Counted from the first letter of the stretch, positions 28,213-41,966 are shown. The stretch is 64,000 bases of DNA from Chrysomallon squamiferum (GCA_012295275.1 CM022671.1:16492001-16556000); one strand, 5' to 3'. The notes: generated from the sequence alone by a model not told the origin. Made by a program: numbers and translations.

Positions 28213-28832
28213 TGTGTGTGTGTGTGTGTGTTATTTTATGATTAATTGCCATTAGGTGTCAAACATATTTTACATTCATTTAAAACTCAAAGAGCACACA
28301 AAAGAAAATATCTTCAATTCCTTGAACTCATGAATAGGAAAACATGTAATACTTTAGAAACTAGTCAATCCTTAAGTATTAACTGTACTGACAGACAAAC
28401 CACCATGTCCTCTTCAGAATCTTTGTGTATGTGCCTGTGTGTGTGTGTGTGTGTGTGTGTTACAGAGAAAAAAAAAAGAGAGAGTATGTGTTTTGATTAT
28501 AATGTTCATTTTTACTGGAAGAGAATAGTGTTTTAAAAAATTATGAAATAATTTAGATACAATCATAAGTCATTCTTTTCTTCACTCTGTCATTATAATG
28601 TGATTCTATTTTGTGTAGGTCTAACATCAACATCAATGATGTGTTGGGTGATTACAGTCTGACTTTGGTGGATTCTCTTGATACACTTGCTGTAAGTACT
28701 TCATACTTACACTAGTTTGTAGTGACTAATATCTCATTATGGGACAGACAGTAAATTATATTTAGCATATAAAAAGATCTGACAAAAAGGTAAAAGCTGA
28801 AGTTTTTAGGTTAAAGTTTTAATTAATTAATA

Positions 28833-28893
<61 letters not shown>

Positions 28894-31800
28894 TAGAATA
28901 TGATATTAATACAGTGGCACATACTTGAATTTTGAAAAGGAAGTACAGTATTCCCTCGCTATTCGCGGGGGTTACGTTCTTTACCCCCCGCGAATAGCGA
29001 AAAACCGCGAATATTGGATGCAGTTTTAAAACGTCTATTATGAGATTATATTGTATTTCACTAATGTAGTAATGATAATGTAAACACATTTTAATTTTGT
29101 ACTGAAACAATATTTTAATCAGAAAGAAACGTAAGTACAGGAGGACAGTAACACCGTAGCATAGTTACCCATACTGTATTACCGTACCGTAAAGACATTT
29201 TCTATGCGTACAATATATGTATTAGAATTGACAGAAAGTGGAACAAATTTAAAGGCAAACAGACAGATAAATACAGTACGCACAGTTCAGGTAATAATAA
29301 TACAATTCAGTAATAATATGCAATTAAAAACATTATTAATACACGGTCACAAAAAATATGCACTGTACATACAGTGTATGCATTATTAAAAAAATACGTA
29401 CTGTATTGCAATACTAATTGAAAAAATTTGATACTGTTTGTGCTGTCACCAATAATTAATGATAATAAAATGATGATGAAATTTGCAGTGCCATACGATG
29501 ATGATGATAACACTAATGTACAGTATGGCACAGCTTAGCTGCTGCTTTACAGCACTTTAGGTAATTATTCCTACTCTTCAGGCACTTAAGTCTCTATGAC
29601 CTACAAAAACCTGGTTTACCGAGCATTTGTTTTTATGACGTTATGACGCTAGCCTGGTATACCAGCATACGATGCGATAGGGTTAAGAGCCTAACCCGCG
29701 AATATGCGGGGCCGCGAATGGGGAACCGCGAACAGGTGAGGGTATACTGTATGTGTTATTTTTATTATTATTATTTGTAGTAGTAGTAGAGATAGTAGAG
29801 TGTTAGTAGTAGTAGTATTACTACTATTATAGGTATTATTAGCATCTTCATTATCATCTTTACCATTATTATTGTTATTATTACTATTAATGCTGTTATT
29901 TTAAAATAATTGTAGGTGATGGGGAACAGTAGTGAATTCAAGCGAGCTGTAAACCTTCTAAAAACGCAGCTTAATTTTGAAAAAAATAACACAGTGCAAG
30001 TGTTTGAGGCCTCTATCAGGTATGAATTATGGTTTTAGAGAAAGAAAGATCGTTGTTGTCTAATCCTTATATTTTGCAACAGTTGTGAATTAGTATTCAA
30101 TTTATTGTTGTATAATTTAAATCTTCATACTTTTTATTACTTGTTTTTCTAACAGTTTTTCATTTCTCTATCTTAATTATAGAACAGCCAACCTATAAAA
30201 AATATATTTTTCTATGTTCAAATTGCATTATCAGTCCATATTTATGTGTGTTTTTAAATCTAATTATTAATTTTTTCTGGATAATTAAAAAAACGCTGTT
30301 TTCATGAAACATGTTTAATATAACATTGTTCACAATTTCTGTTTGCACTGTAACCTCCTTTCTCTTTTCTTTTTTCTTTTTTTTTTTTTTTTGACATATT
30401 TATATCCTGAAATATGTTTTTCACAAATCAGATAAGAGTTGTTTCCCTTTTCATATTTCACCGAGTTAATTTTATTCTTACAATATCATAGGTACAAAGC
30501 TTTTTGAATTATTCAATTTCATTTTATTTAATAGGTATGTAAACTAATTAAAACATTTTTTTTTGTACATTAATATTTGTTTTTTGTTTTAAAAGTCTAA
30601 GAATTTCAGATTATATCATATGTGTGTGTGTGTTTGTTTATATGAATAATTGTATATCATATTGGTTTGTTTCTAACTGAAGGGTCCTGGGTGCCTTACT
30701 GTCAGCTCATTTAATCATCACTGATCCTCATCAGCCATTTGGTGACATGGTTCCCCCAGACTATGACAACGAGCTTCTCCATTTGGCTCATGACCTGGCC
30801 ACTCGGTTACTTCCAGCCTTTGAAAACACAGCAACAGGAATTCCATACCCTAGAGTGAGTCTCCTTGCTTCTTAGTTAGTTAGCTTCAGGGTGTGAAATA
30901 ATTTCAACATCTGCACATCAGAAAAAAAAAAAAAAAAAAAAAAAAAAATCGTAATAATAGTCTTGATTATTTTAATTTAAATACTATTTGTTTTATATTT
31001 TAACTAGGTAAGGTCACCTTATTTAATTCAAATTCAGGATTAGAAATAAACTGTTTTAATTTAATTATCTTTCTTTTTTATTTTATTTTTTTGACTTATC
31101 ATTAAAATACCATAAATGATTTTAATGTTTAATTAGTTGCTATGGTTTTTTCTTAGATTATAATAATTATACATAAATTAAAAGAAATAAATAAATAATG
31201 CTTACAGTTTTAAATTTACTTGTCGTAATTTTGTAATTTTAATTTAAGTAAATTGTCACTAGACTGGTTGTGTTCTAGGTGAATCTGCTGCATGGGGTTC
31301 CTGCTGACTGTGTCAATGAGACATGTACTGCAGGAGCCGGTACACTTGTTTTAGAGTTCGGTGTACTTTCCCGGCTACTCGGAGACCCAGTCTATGAAAG
31401 CTTAGCTCGGCGAGCAGTGAAAAGCTTGTGGAAATACAGATCCAATGTGACTGGTCTTTTAGGTAAAAACAAATAAACATTATTCACTTACAGTCAAAAT
31501 AAAATTTTGAAAAATTAATAGTTATGTTGTAATTTAAATTTCTACAATGGCTGTCATTGTTGTGGATTTTTATAAAAAATTTCACAGCAGTGTGGTTCGT
31601 TATTGCTTAACAGTTAAGTGTGGTATACAAGTCAATGATAAAATTAATATGCAACTTATTCTTTTCAATGGACTTGTTTTCTTCATTTTCACTATATTTA
31701 AAACAAATATATAAAAATTATCTTGTCATTTTCCATTAATTATCATTGATTTTTGGATAGTTAAAATTGTTACTCACTGATGTTTTATTTTAAAGTATAA

Positions 31801-34800
31801 AACTGGTTTTCCAGGTAATGTGATAAACATACAGACTGGGGAATGGGTTGGCAGAATGAGTGGCTTGGGTGCAGGAATGGATTCTTTGTTTGAATATCTT
31901 TTGAAGGTTAGTTAGAACCACATAATATTCTCATTTACTGAATCTCAGTATTTCATTGACAATACTTTATTCAAATACAGATCAGAACTGGTTAATTAAT
32001 AACACAATACAACAACAATATAATCTGAAATTTGTCTTTAAATATTTCCTGATCAATATTTGAAGATTAATAATGAACAGACTGATAGAAATTATATGTA
32101 TATTATATCGTATTTGTACAATAAATTTTCTCAAAAAATCAGGTAGACAGTCCTACATGTGGAACTGAAACTTGATAGGATTTTGACCATAAATAAATGT
32201 AGGATAATCAGGCCTGTATCAGCACCAGCTTTAGTACCAAATTATTATGCATATAAATGTGTGTATAATAATCAGGTACTGAATTTGGTGCTGACAGATA
32301 TGTAATTATTTACTGTTTGTATATTAACTGTTAGGTTTAACTAGGTGTATTACAACAATTATTTTCCTTCATTTTATTGTATTGTTTTATAATTTGTATT
32401 GTTTTTTTGTTTTTTTCAGTCATATATTTTGTTTGGTGATGAGCAGGATCTCAAGATGTTTAATGAATCATATGAAACTATCAAATTTCATTTACGACAA
32501 GGGTAATTATATACACACACAGTATACACTCATATCAACACTGCTTAAACAAATCAAAATTTTTAAACCAGCATCAAATATTGGCATGTTTGTGTGTGTG
32601 TATATGTGTAAAATATGTGTTTGTAATTATATACATAAATTTTCAACAGTAATAGCATAATGAAAGTAAATTGTGTTATAAAAACACAAAGAAAACAGAG
32701 TGTCTACTTAATGATAAACCATTTAATAAACAACAACTGCTTAAAAAGACTTTTTGCATTATCTGATTAATATTGCAACAGTTTGTTTTCACTAAATAAA
32801 TAATCATCACATTGTAATAACCAGGTGAGCAGATGAAACAAAGTAAACATTACTTCTGCGTGGTGGTGTTTCATATTTTAAATTTTCAACGAAAAATCTA
32901 GTATTTGAAATTGTTATTATACTATCTCGCTGAAAGGATAAAACTTGCTGGATAAAAATGAAAAATAAAAATTATATATGTTGTTGTTCAGGAGGTCAAA
33001 ATGCAATGATGGGATTGGAAACCCACCAATCTATGTGAATGTTGACATGCGGACAGGGGACACAGCTAATACTTGGATAGACGCACTGCAGGCAGCTTGG
33101 TCAGGTGTACAGGTAACAGTTTAATTACAAAGCATTTAGCTTATTTAAAGGTTATTTGACAGGTGTGCATTCAGATAATCTTTCACTACTGAAATAAAGG
33201 TAGTGTACATATTGATAATTTTTTAATTATTGAAAAATCAGGTATTTAACAAAGTATTTAGATTATATAAAGCTGCATTCAGGTTATCTTTTACTTGATG
33301 AAGTAACAAGCAGTTAACAAATTATTTAAATTATATATAAACTACTTAGATTGGTGTATTATATTAGATTATCTGTTAATTATTGACATAACAGGTAGTT
33401 AACAAAATATTTAGATTTTGTAAATATGCTTTTCAGATGTTCAGGTAATTAATTAATTTATTTATTATTGAAATAACAGGTAATTAATTATCTGTATAGC
33501 CGGATAATACTTGTTCCGTGTCCGTGAAATTTAAATTTTATATTATTGAAAACAAAAAGATGCCTCAGTGAAACATCTAAAGCTTGATTGTACAGGTAAA
33601 ATAATTTAGTAATAAATAGCTAAGATTGTGTAGATTCTATAAATAATGTTATATCCAGTACAGATAAAAATCTTTAATAACTGAAATATGTAAATTGCTA
33701 GACATTAGATATATTATTTCTCTTATTAAAAAGATTTAATTATTTCTGTTATTAGATATGGTTCTGCTAAACTACACTTTATTTCTGTTATTAAAATAAA
33801 ATATAATATTTTAATAATGGATTGAAAAAAAATAATTAGATGGATAATACTTCTGAATATCTTCAATGGAGCAGATGTTTTTTTTTTCCCACTTTTCTAT
33901 AAACCACTGTATTTACGTACATATATATATAAGTTTTAGTTATTTATACAGACCATTCTGTATTTCTTACAGGTGCTAAATGGTGATATAGAAGAGGCAA
34001 TATGTTCACACGCTTTATACTACTCCATATGGAGAAAATACGGAGGTCTTCCAGAGAGATACAATTGGCAGCTAAAAAAACCTGATGTCTTGTTTTACCC
34101 ACTAAGGCCAGAATTTGTAGAATCCACATATTTCCTATACCAAGCAACCAAAAACCCATTTTACCTCCATGTTGGCAGGGATATTCTCAATGATATTGAA
34201 GACCACACAAAAGCACAGTATGTTGTATTGTTTTTAAGTAATAGTTATTGTTTGATTGACAGATAGAGAAAAGATTTTATTTCAGTACTTTATAAAAAAA
34301 AAACAATTTAATTCAGAGACTTTAGATATGAAAACCATACAAGAGCAAAATTGTTGAAATATTTTTAAGTAATAGTTATTGTTTGAGTAACAGAGAAAAA
34401 TATAATAAAGAAAGTTATTTATGAAAACCAAACAAAAATATAGTATGTGGAAATGTTTCTTAAATTGTAATTGTTTGAGTGATAGGAATAATATGATAAA
34501 GAAAAGTAAAAAAGAACTATACACATTTTTTTTTGAAATATCCTTAAATAATAGTTGTTGTTTGAATGACAGATGGGAAAAATGTAATTCAGAAAAGTAT
34601 ATATGAAGTATATACAAAAGTAATAGTTCTTTGCTTGATAGATAGAGAAAATGTTTTATTTAAATACTTTATTTAAAAAAAAAAAAAAAATTATAAAGAA
34701 AAGACAATATATACATAAACCCCCACCAAAACAAAATTAAAAAACATAAGCAAAACATTTTAACTCCTTTAAAATGTGTAGAATGATATTTTTTATTAAT

Positions 34801-36275
34801 TTATTTTTATTTTTATTTTTATATAATTTTTTTCTGTCTCTTTAATGTATTGAACTGAGAAAGGTGGATGTATAATATGGTGTATTAAAAATTTAATATT
34901 TTCATAGTAAACTAATCAGCATATCTTTATTAATAATATTCATAGGTAATTTAAGCAGTATATTTTTCCTTTATTCAATTGCATTGTGTATTTTTATTAT
35001 TATTATTTTTATTTTTTTTATTGTTATGGTTGTTGTTGGTGATGTTATTAAATGTTTATTGTAAAGTAATTATTTATCTCCCCATATTTCTCCTATCTAT
35101 TTAAGAGTTATTTCCCTTCCAGTATTTAAATGAAACAAACTGAAACTTGATAATTATTATTACTGTTTATTTCACCTGTACACATCAGTACCTAAAATTG
35201 TGTTTTAAAACCTAATAATTTTGTTTCTGTAACAAGAATTAATTTATAAATTGAAATTTCACCGAGTTGTGTGTGTTGATGTATTTATAGATGTGGCTAT
35301 GGCACTGTTCATGATGTCAACACAAAAACACTAGAAGACCGAATGGAAAGCTTTTTTCTGGGTGAAACGTGTAAATATTTGATTTTAGTAAGTACAGCTT
35401 GGAGTGACTTCATCTAGTATTTTATTATTTAAATATTTTTCATTGGGAATTTGAAAACCTTACCTCTGTTATTTAATCTGATGAATCTGTCAATGAACCT
35501 GTATGCATCCCAAAAATAATTTTAAAGACCCCAAAACTTTTATCAGAGGCATATTTAAGTGTATTAGTTAAAGATCTTGATGTCATTGTTAAGCCAGTTT
35601 AAGTGTGAATGCAGCTAATTAGCACTGCTGACAACTAAATCAGAAATTTATTATGTCACAAGCCAATTTCCAGTGTTTACTAAATATATTTTAATTTATA
35701 TTTGCATGTACAGTAAACAATGGCTGAAACAGAATTATATTTTTAACCAGTTCTGTGCATGATTATATTAAAAGTAATATTTTTGTTACTAACATTTTAT
35801 TTTTAATTTAAACAAAATAATTTTTATAAAAATAAAAAAATATTGTGCAAGCACTTGGTTGTTATATTCATTCACCCTGCAGACAGAAAAATAAACAAGA
35901 ATCCATTTATAAAACAAGTTAAGAGGCATTTGACTGATGTGATAAATAAATTACATACATAACATTTTAAAGTTCAATGTTTATATTTCTGTCTCTTCCA
36001 GTTGTTTGATGTAGATAACCACTTAAACAAGAAAGCTTCAGATTATATATTTTCAACTGAGGGACACATCTACCCAGTAGACAGGCGCTTTCGCAAGAAA
36101 CCATGGGAGGAGTGGAGAAGTACTTTCCAAGAGATTTCTGTTGTTGATGCAAGAACCAATATCTCAAATGTAAGTCATTATAGGGATTCCCCTGACAAAA
36201 CGTTCTAGTCCAAAACTAATATATAATAAAACAATATAATATTTTAATGTTTGATACAAATATCATATAATAATA

Positions 36276-36369
<94 letters not shown>

Positions 36370-36477
36370 GATTTTAAATATTCTTTTTGATTATAATGTT
36401 CCATCATAAAAGAAGGTTGTAAATTATAGTGAAATTCAGCTGATAATTCCAATGAGTATTAAAATATTCAAACCATC

Positions 36478-36516
<39 letters not shown>

Positions 36517-36772
36517 GTGAAAAAAATAATCTCTTAGTTTTATTTAATACAACTTGAACTTTTTCTATTTCTTTCTTTCTGTAAGTTCCCACCACTTCAA
36601 GAAAAAAAGAAAGAAAAGAAAATAATGATAATAATAATAATATTAATTGATATTTATTTTTAAAATTTTATTTCAGTGTAATAACATTCCACTGGAAAGC
36701 AAACACTTTCTTCCAATGAAAAGCCGATATTTACATCAAATGGAGTCGGCTGTTGGACTTCATGATAACTAG
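27838..36772 (+). CDS. EDEM1: ER degradation-enhancing alpha-mannosidase-like protein 1 (glycoside hydrolase family 47), 12 coding exons, 561 aa
   Basis: Exons: 27838-28088, 28619-28691, 29916-30019, 30683-30854, 31279-31462, 31815-31906, 32420-32502, 32992-33112, 33973-34217, 35291-35387, 36002-36169, 36677-36772. Total 1686 nt, in frame, all GT-AG. Hydrophobic N-terminus. GH47/EDEM motifs [96 protein letters not shown]. The short C-terminus lacks the PA domain and KDEL of EDEM3. Confidence 0.95.
28119..28230. repeat. (CT)n(GT)n compound microsatellite in EDEM1 intron 1
   Basis: adjacent dinucleotide runs. Confidence 0.97.
28619..28691 (+). CDS. EDEM1: EDEM1 exon 2
   Basis: tgtag|[24 protein letters not shown]|gtaagt. 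Confidence 0.95.
28946..29749. mobile_element. Non-autonomous Tc1/mariner (Tigger/pogo-like) DNA transposon in EDEM1 intron 2
   Basis: TA flanks both ends (28944-45 and 29750-51). TIRs are CAGTATTCCCTCGCTATTCGCGG and, as reverse complement, CAGTATACCCTCACCTGTTCGCGG. Subterminal CCGCGAA repeats are present, and there is no transposase ORF. Confidence 0.88.
29916..30019 (+). CDS. EDEM1: EDEM1 exon 3
   Basis: tgtag|[34 protein letters not shown](R)|gtatga. Confidence 0.95.
30683..30854 (+). CDS. EDEM1: EDEM1 exon 4
   Basis: tgaag|[22 protein letters not shown]...[24 protein letters not shown]|gtgagt. Confidence 0.94.
31279..31462 (+). CDS. EDEM1: EDEM1 exon 5
   Basis: tctag|[61 protein letters not shown]|gtaaaa. 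Confidence 0.95.
31815..31906 (+). CDS. EDEM1: EDEM1 exon 6
   Basis: tccag|[30 protein letters not shown]|gttagt. Confidence 0.95.
32420..32502 (+). CDS. EDEM1: EDEM1 exon 7
   Basis: ttcag|[27 protein letters not shown](G)|gtaatt. Confidence 0.94.
32992..33112 (+). CDS. EDEM1: EDEM1 exon 8
   Basis: ttcag|[40 protein letters not shown]|gtaaca. Confidence 0.94.
33973..34217 (+). CDS. EDEM1: EDEM1 exon 9
   Basis: tacag|[32 protein letters not shown]...[40 protein letters not shown](Q)|gtatgt. Confidence 0.95.
34228..34680. repeat. Degenerate tandem repeat at the start of EDEM1 intron 9
   Basis: TAATAGTTATTGTTTGA...AGAGAAAA recurs about five times. Confidence 0.75.
35291..35387 (+). CDS. EDEM1: EDEM1 exon 10
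   Basis: tatag|[32 protein letters not shown]|gtaagt. Confidence 0.95.
36002..36169 (+). CDS. EDEM1: EDEM1 exon 11
   Basis: tccag|[27 protein letters not shown]...RTNISN|gtaagt. Confidence 0.93.
36677..36772 (+). CDS. EDEM1: EDEM1 exon 12 (terminal)
   Basis: ttcag|[34 protein letters not shown] stop. Confidence 0.92.
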   Translation, partial: CNNIPLESKHFLPMKSRYLHQMESAVGLHDN

Positions 36773-36922
36773 TTCAGGGTTACCACTACTTCACTATGCA
36801 AAATTGATTACTTCAGAAACATTTTTATCTTGTCTTTGTTAAAAAAACCACAAATATCCTCATCTTTCAGGACTAACTTATAATGTATGTATATGAATGT
36901 TATAAAAAGTCTTGTTTTTAAA

Positions 36923-36924
<2 letters not shown>

Positions 36925-37012
<88 letters not shown>

Positions 37013-37032
37013 TGTGTGTTTTGTGTGTGTGT
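36925..37032. repeat. (TG)n microsatellite in the putative EDEM1 3' UTR
   Basis: dinucleotide run. Confidence 0.97.
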
Positions 37033-38232
37033 TTAATTGCGGGCATGCATGGGCATGCAATACAGAAACCACAGTTTAGTGGCTGTATGTCTGTGACAGA
37101 CATCTTGAAGTTCCACCACAAAGTTTATTATTTATTTAATTCTGTATCACCACTACATTTGTCCCATCCTTGAATGTCTGTCACAGACAGATACCAGTGT
37201 ATACATACAGACAGACAGACATACATAAATGTGCACACACATATATACATGCATATAAACCTACAAACACACACATACAAGCATGTACCTATGCACATAC
37301 ATACATATATAAAGCATGTATATATACATATGTATGCACACACAAATGAATACTGAACAAATATATCTTGGGATGGTGAATTTTTAACATATTTCTTTAT
37401 AGTTTTCTATACCACTGAATGATTGTATACCACTCAAAAATATATCCAAATCACTTTCGGTTTTTTGTATCAGTGTAATTTTACCGATTTTAATTTAATT
37501 TTTTAAAATGTTATTGACTTTTCTTGTTATAAATACATGGTGATGTACAGAAAAATCTATTTTTATAACTGGAGAAATGTATTTATTACAGGATTTGTAT
37601 TTTGTTGTTTAATTTATATAATATCTAATATGGTTTGGTTTTGTTTGTTTTTTTTTTCTGTGTGTTTTTTTCTTTGTTAGAGGTATATGAAAAATGTATT
37701 GTGTTTAAGAGCATAATTGTGACATATATTTTTTAATTGTATTAATTATTATTCCTGTATTTGTGTAGGTTTTTTAGAAATGTTTTTTAGAACACTGGCA
37801 TACAAAACTAAAAAAAACCAGGAGAAATGTTCCAAGAACAAAGTCAGTAGAATATAGCTGCAAAAATGCAGTTCATAATTAAACAAACATTTTAAAATTT
37901 TAGAACCATAAGATGCCTATTAGAGGCATTTTCAAATACGAAATTAGTCATTCCAAATAGAAATTTATTTTATACTTTAAAAAATATAAATGTTGTGTAC
38001 ATTCTATCGTAATCAGACATTTAATAATCAAATATGTTAGTGATGATAAAACTGGACTGGCTCAATCACTTGTAAATATCTAGAAAGTTATTTGTATTTA
38101 TTTGTACATCAGATGTTAAATTTTGACTCACAAAATAATTGAAATTAATATTTTTAGCAGATATTTAAGTATTTTTCTATGTGTTTTTTTTATTGTTATT
38201 TATTTATTTATTTATTACATATTTGTTATTAT

Positions 38233-38268
<36 letters not shown>

Positions 38269-38604
38269 CTTGTAAATGAAAAGTTCTTTCAGTGGACTTA
38301 TACAAGTATAAAGATGAGTGTAATTTCACAAATATTCTTTTATTATTTGCTCATCATTACCAGTAATTTAATTTCAGTATTACTGTCAGTGACAGTTTTG
38401 TCTGTAAAAAAATAGATTTTATAAATATTTATATCATTATTATTATTATTATATATTCATTTATGCTGTTCTTAACAGAAAGGTAAAAAAAAAAAAAAAA
38501 TTGTTAAAAATAAATTTTAATATAGTCCATTGCTTAAGAAATTATTATTCCAGAGAATTAAAAACTCTGAATCTACTATTTATGACATAGATGATTATAT
38601 TTTT

Positions 38605-39015
38605 CACTGTGGGAAATTTCTGGAATTGTAGATTGTTAGTATTAGCTTTGAACATTTGGGAATTGTATAATTATAGATAAAAATTAATATCTCAATACAT
38701 TTAATATTAACAGAACACTGTGCTTGGGAATTGTATAGCTGTAAACTTGTAGACAAAAAAAAAAATGTTTCGACACATTTAATGTTAATAGTTAAAAGAT
38801 TGCACTTGGGAATTGTCTAGTTATAGATACAAAAACCAATATCTCAACACATTTAATATTAACAGTCAGAACATCATACTTGAAAATTGTATAGTTATAG
38901 ATAAAGATTAATATATCAACATATTTAATATTAACAGTTAGAACATCACTCTTGGGAACTGTATAGTTATAGATGAAAAAAAAAAAATATCTCAACACAT
39001 TTAATATTTATAGTT
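38605..39015. repeat. About 70-80 bp minisatellite downstream of the EDEM1 stop
   Basis: GGGAATTGTATAGTTATAGAT...ATCTCAACACATTTAATATTAACAG recurs 5-6 times. Confidence 0.88.
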
Positions 39016-40328
39016 ATCAAGTTTCAAACTAATTTTTTTTCTCTCAAAAAAACCCAAACAATTGGTTTCTGATGTTTGTGGGATTTTTCCAGTATGGTAA
39101 CACCAGAAAGGATATTTGTTTCAAATGTATGTGAAGTTTTTTTTTTTTTTCATAATGGTAACTTTAGAGAGAAAATCTACTGACACTCGTCTAGAATAAA
39201 CTCTCAGACACCAGTTTATTATAACACAGAATTTTACATAGACAATAAAGCTGTGTTTTATCTTCTTTGTCAAACAAGTTACTAGAAATAGAATAATGAC
39301 AGCTACCAAAGACTGATCCTGGATGCAGTCATACTTCAGACTAGCAAACTAACCTGTAATATATATAAATATTTATATTATGTAAGATCCAATAATTTAC
39401 TGATATTACTGATCCAGTAAACAAAATAACTACTGACATATGCACTTGTTAATATTTATGGTTGAAAGGTAGAAGAGAATAACATTATTATAAACACAAC
39501 TGCCATGAGTTATATGTTCTGACTTTAGGAAGAAGCTTTTTAAACAGTACCTCTCTTTTTCCATCATTATGAGAAACAATTTATCTCACTCCAAATAACG
39601 ATTAATATTAAATCTGTTGCGATATTGTTTATCAAATATTCATTTTATTTTTTCAGTAAAGAGGTATTTCTGATAAAGTCCATGCATAAAATAGTCATTT
39701 GTATTGATTTTCTTTGTTACAAATCTTAGTGATAGTTGGATTAGATGTCTGCTGAAGGTGACTGGGAAATTTATTCAGAACCACTAAATGAATTTTGATT
39801 ACTTATATGGGACAGCAGTCAATGATAATTTTTTTTTTTAGAGACTTCCTTAAAAAAGAAAAATATTTTATTGAATTCTGTATATCTGTATTGTTGTAGT
39901 AATATAATTTTTAAATAAAAGACACCTGATTTTTTTAGATAAGTGAGATTTTAATTTTACCCTGGCTTACCAATTCAGCCTTAAGTATTTTTTGATTACT
40001 CTTGGTGTGTTTTTTTGGTGTTTTTTTTTTTAATGATTTGAAATAATGACATATTTATATTACAATAAACTTGATGTAGTCATAATAGCTGTTGATGCAT
40101 AATGTCACAGTCTGTTAGAGGTGCTGTGTGGCTCAATGCCTCTGATTTCAGCACTAAAGGTTTCTTATAGGGTGACTGCTTCAGTATAAAAATCTGTATA
40201 ACTGCTAATGTTCCCAGTAGAGCAGAAGAAAATAGACTAAAACTGATTGCAAAAAACTTCAGAATTAACATGAGATATTTTGTTTTAAAGATGCATTTAT
40301 GAATTTGTATCTTGCAAGATGATTTTTC

Positions 40329-40359
<31 letters not shown>

Positions 40360-41966
40360 ATTGGGATTTTATTGAGGGGGAAGTTGGTATTTTTTTTTTT
40401 TTTTTTATTTTTTTTTTTTTTTTGTCTATGAAGACAAGAAATAATTCAGATGGTAATATGTAACAGTTTCTGCCTGTACATAATTGTATAAGGGTAAAAA
40501 AGTAAAATAAAATCATGATGACATTATATAAATGTTACATGTTACGCTGACCATACAGCAATAATATTGTTTGTCAGAATTAATTTGTCATAATGTAACA
40601 ATATTCAGTCTTCCTAGAAATAGTCAAATTGTTTTTTAAATATTTATTTATTTTGTTTACATTTATTTATTTATATTTTTCTTTTCACTTTTTTTTTGTT
40701 TGTTTTTTTGTTATCTTGTAGTTACTTTTTAAACTGAATGCATTTTATCTTTTTATCTTTATAATCCTGTTCATTTCATTATTTAATATTTTTTTAAAAA
40801 AATCAGATTTAAAAATGTTTTAAAGAAAAGGTTAGAAAACCCAAGAATTTGCCTTGCTGTATTAAGTAGCATTATGTATGTAATCTACCTCTACTGGAAG
40901 AACTTTTTTTATATTACCTCTGTTGTATAAAACTGGATTCTTACACTGAGGATCATGGTTCAAATCTTCTTGATGTATGCTGAGAACATTTTTATATGTA
41001 AATTTATCAATGTAACCTTAACAGTTGTGACATGTTTATTAATTATAAAATTTTATTACACAAATATATCAGTATTCTTCATAATTAAACAATTATTGCA
41101 TTTTAATATCTGGAATATGAATAGCAGGTTTACAGTTTGGCATGAGTATTCATTCCCTTTAATGAAGGATAAATATTATTGATCTTAACAATAATTTACA
41201 GATATGGGTTCTGTCTCTGTGTGTGTTTGTGCATGTGAGAGAGAGAGAATTTATACTCAATGCAAAGTGATTACAAAAATTATGAGAAAGTTAAAAATGG
41301 AAGCCTGTTGACAGGATTGCAGTATGCATTATCTTGTTTTTGATTACTGGCTCATTTATGTGAATTTACCCAGTTGTTGAAGTCCTGCTGTTGATTGTTA
41401 TTTATTGAAATTAGTCGAATTAAATATATCAAATTTATTTCTCTTATAAGCATACACTATTATTTTCTTTTCTTTTCTTTTTCCATTCAGAAATAAAAAA
41501 AATTATGACTAATGTGTGTTTGGATTGTTAATTAATGTTTTTGAAATTAGATTGCGATATGTAATTGACTGGATAAAGTGGTTTTGCGATTTCTATACGT
41601 TTTCAAATGCAAAATAAAATTATTAATCCAGTTCGTTGTTGTATATAACGTACTACATAATGATGTCTTATAATCTTCTGTTCGAATATCTTTATACATG
41701 TATCATGGCCGTAACTAGAGTGAGGTAAATGAGTCAAATACCTCATATCGAAATTAACGATATTTTCAAAATATAAAATATAAATCACTATTACTATAGA
41801 AACGATATCCACTGAATGAATTCGTTTGTGTCTGCGGTTGAAGTCTACCGACATCGTTGCGATGAAAGACATAACTGACTTCAAAGACATCAGACATCAA
41901 ACAGGTTTTTGCCTCATTTCAAAAAGAGTCGAGTTACGGCAAGATATATATATATATATATATATA

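Noticed and set aside
30020-30682. EDEM1 intron 3 as a U12-type intron (TTCTAAC close to an AAG acceptor)
   Set aside because: The donor is GTATGAAT, not the U12 consensus RTATCCTT.
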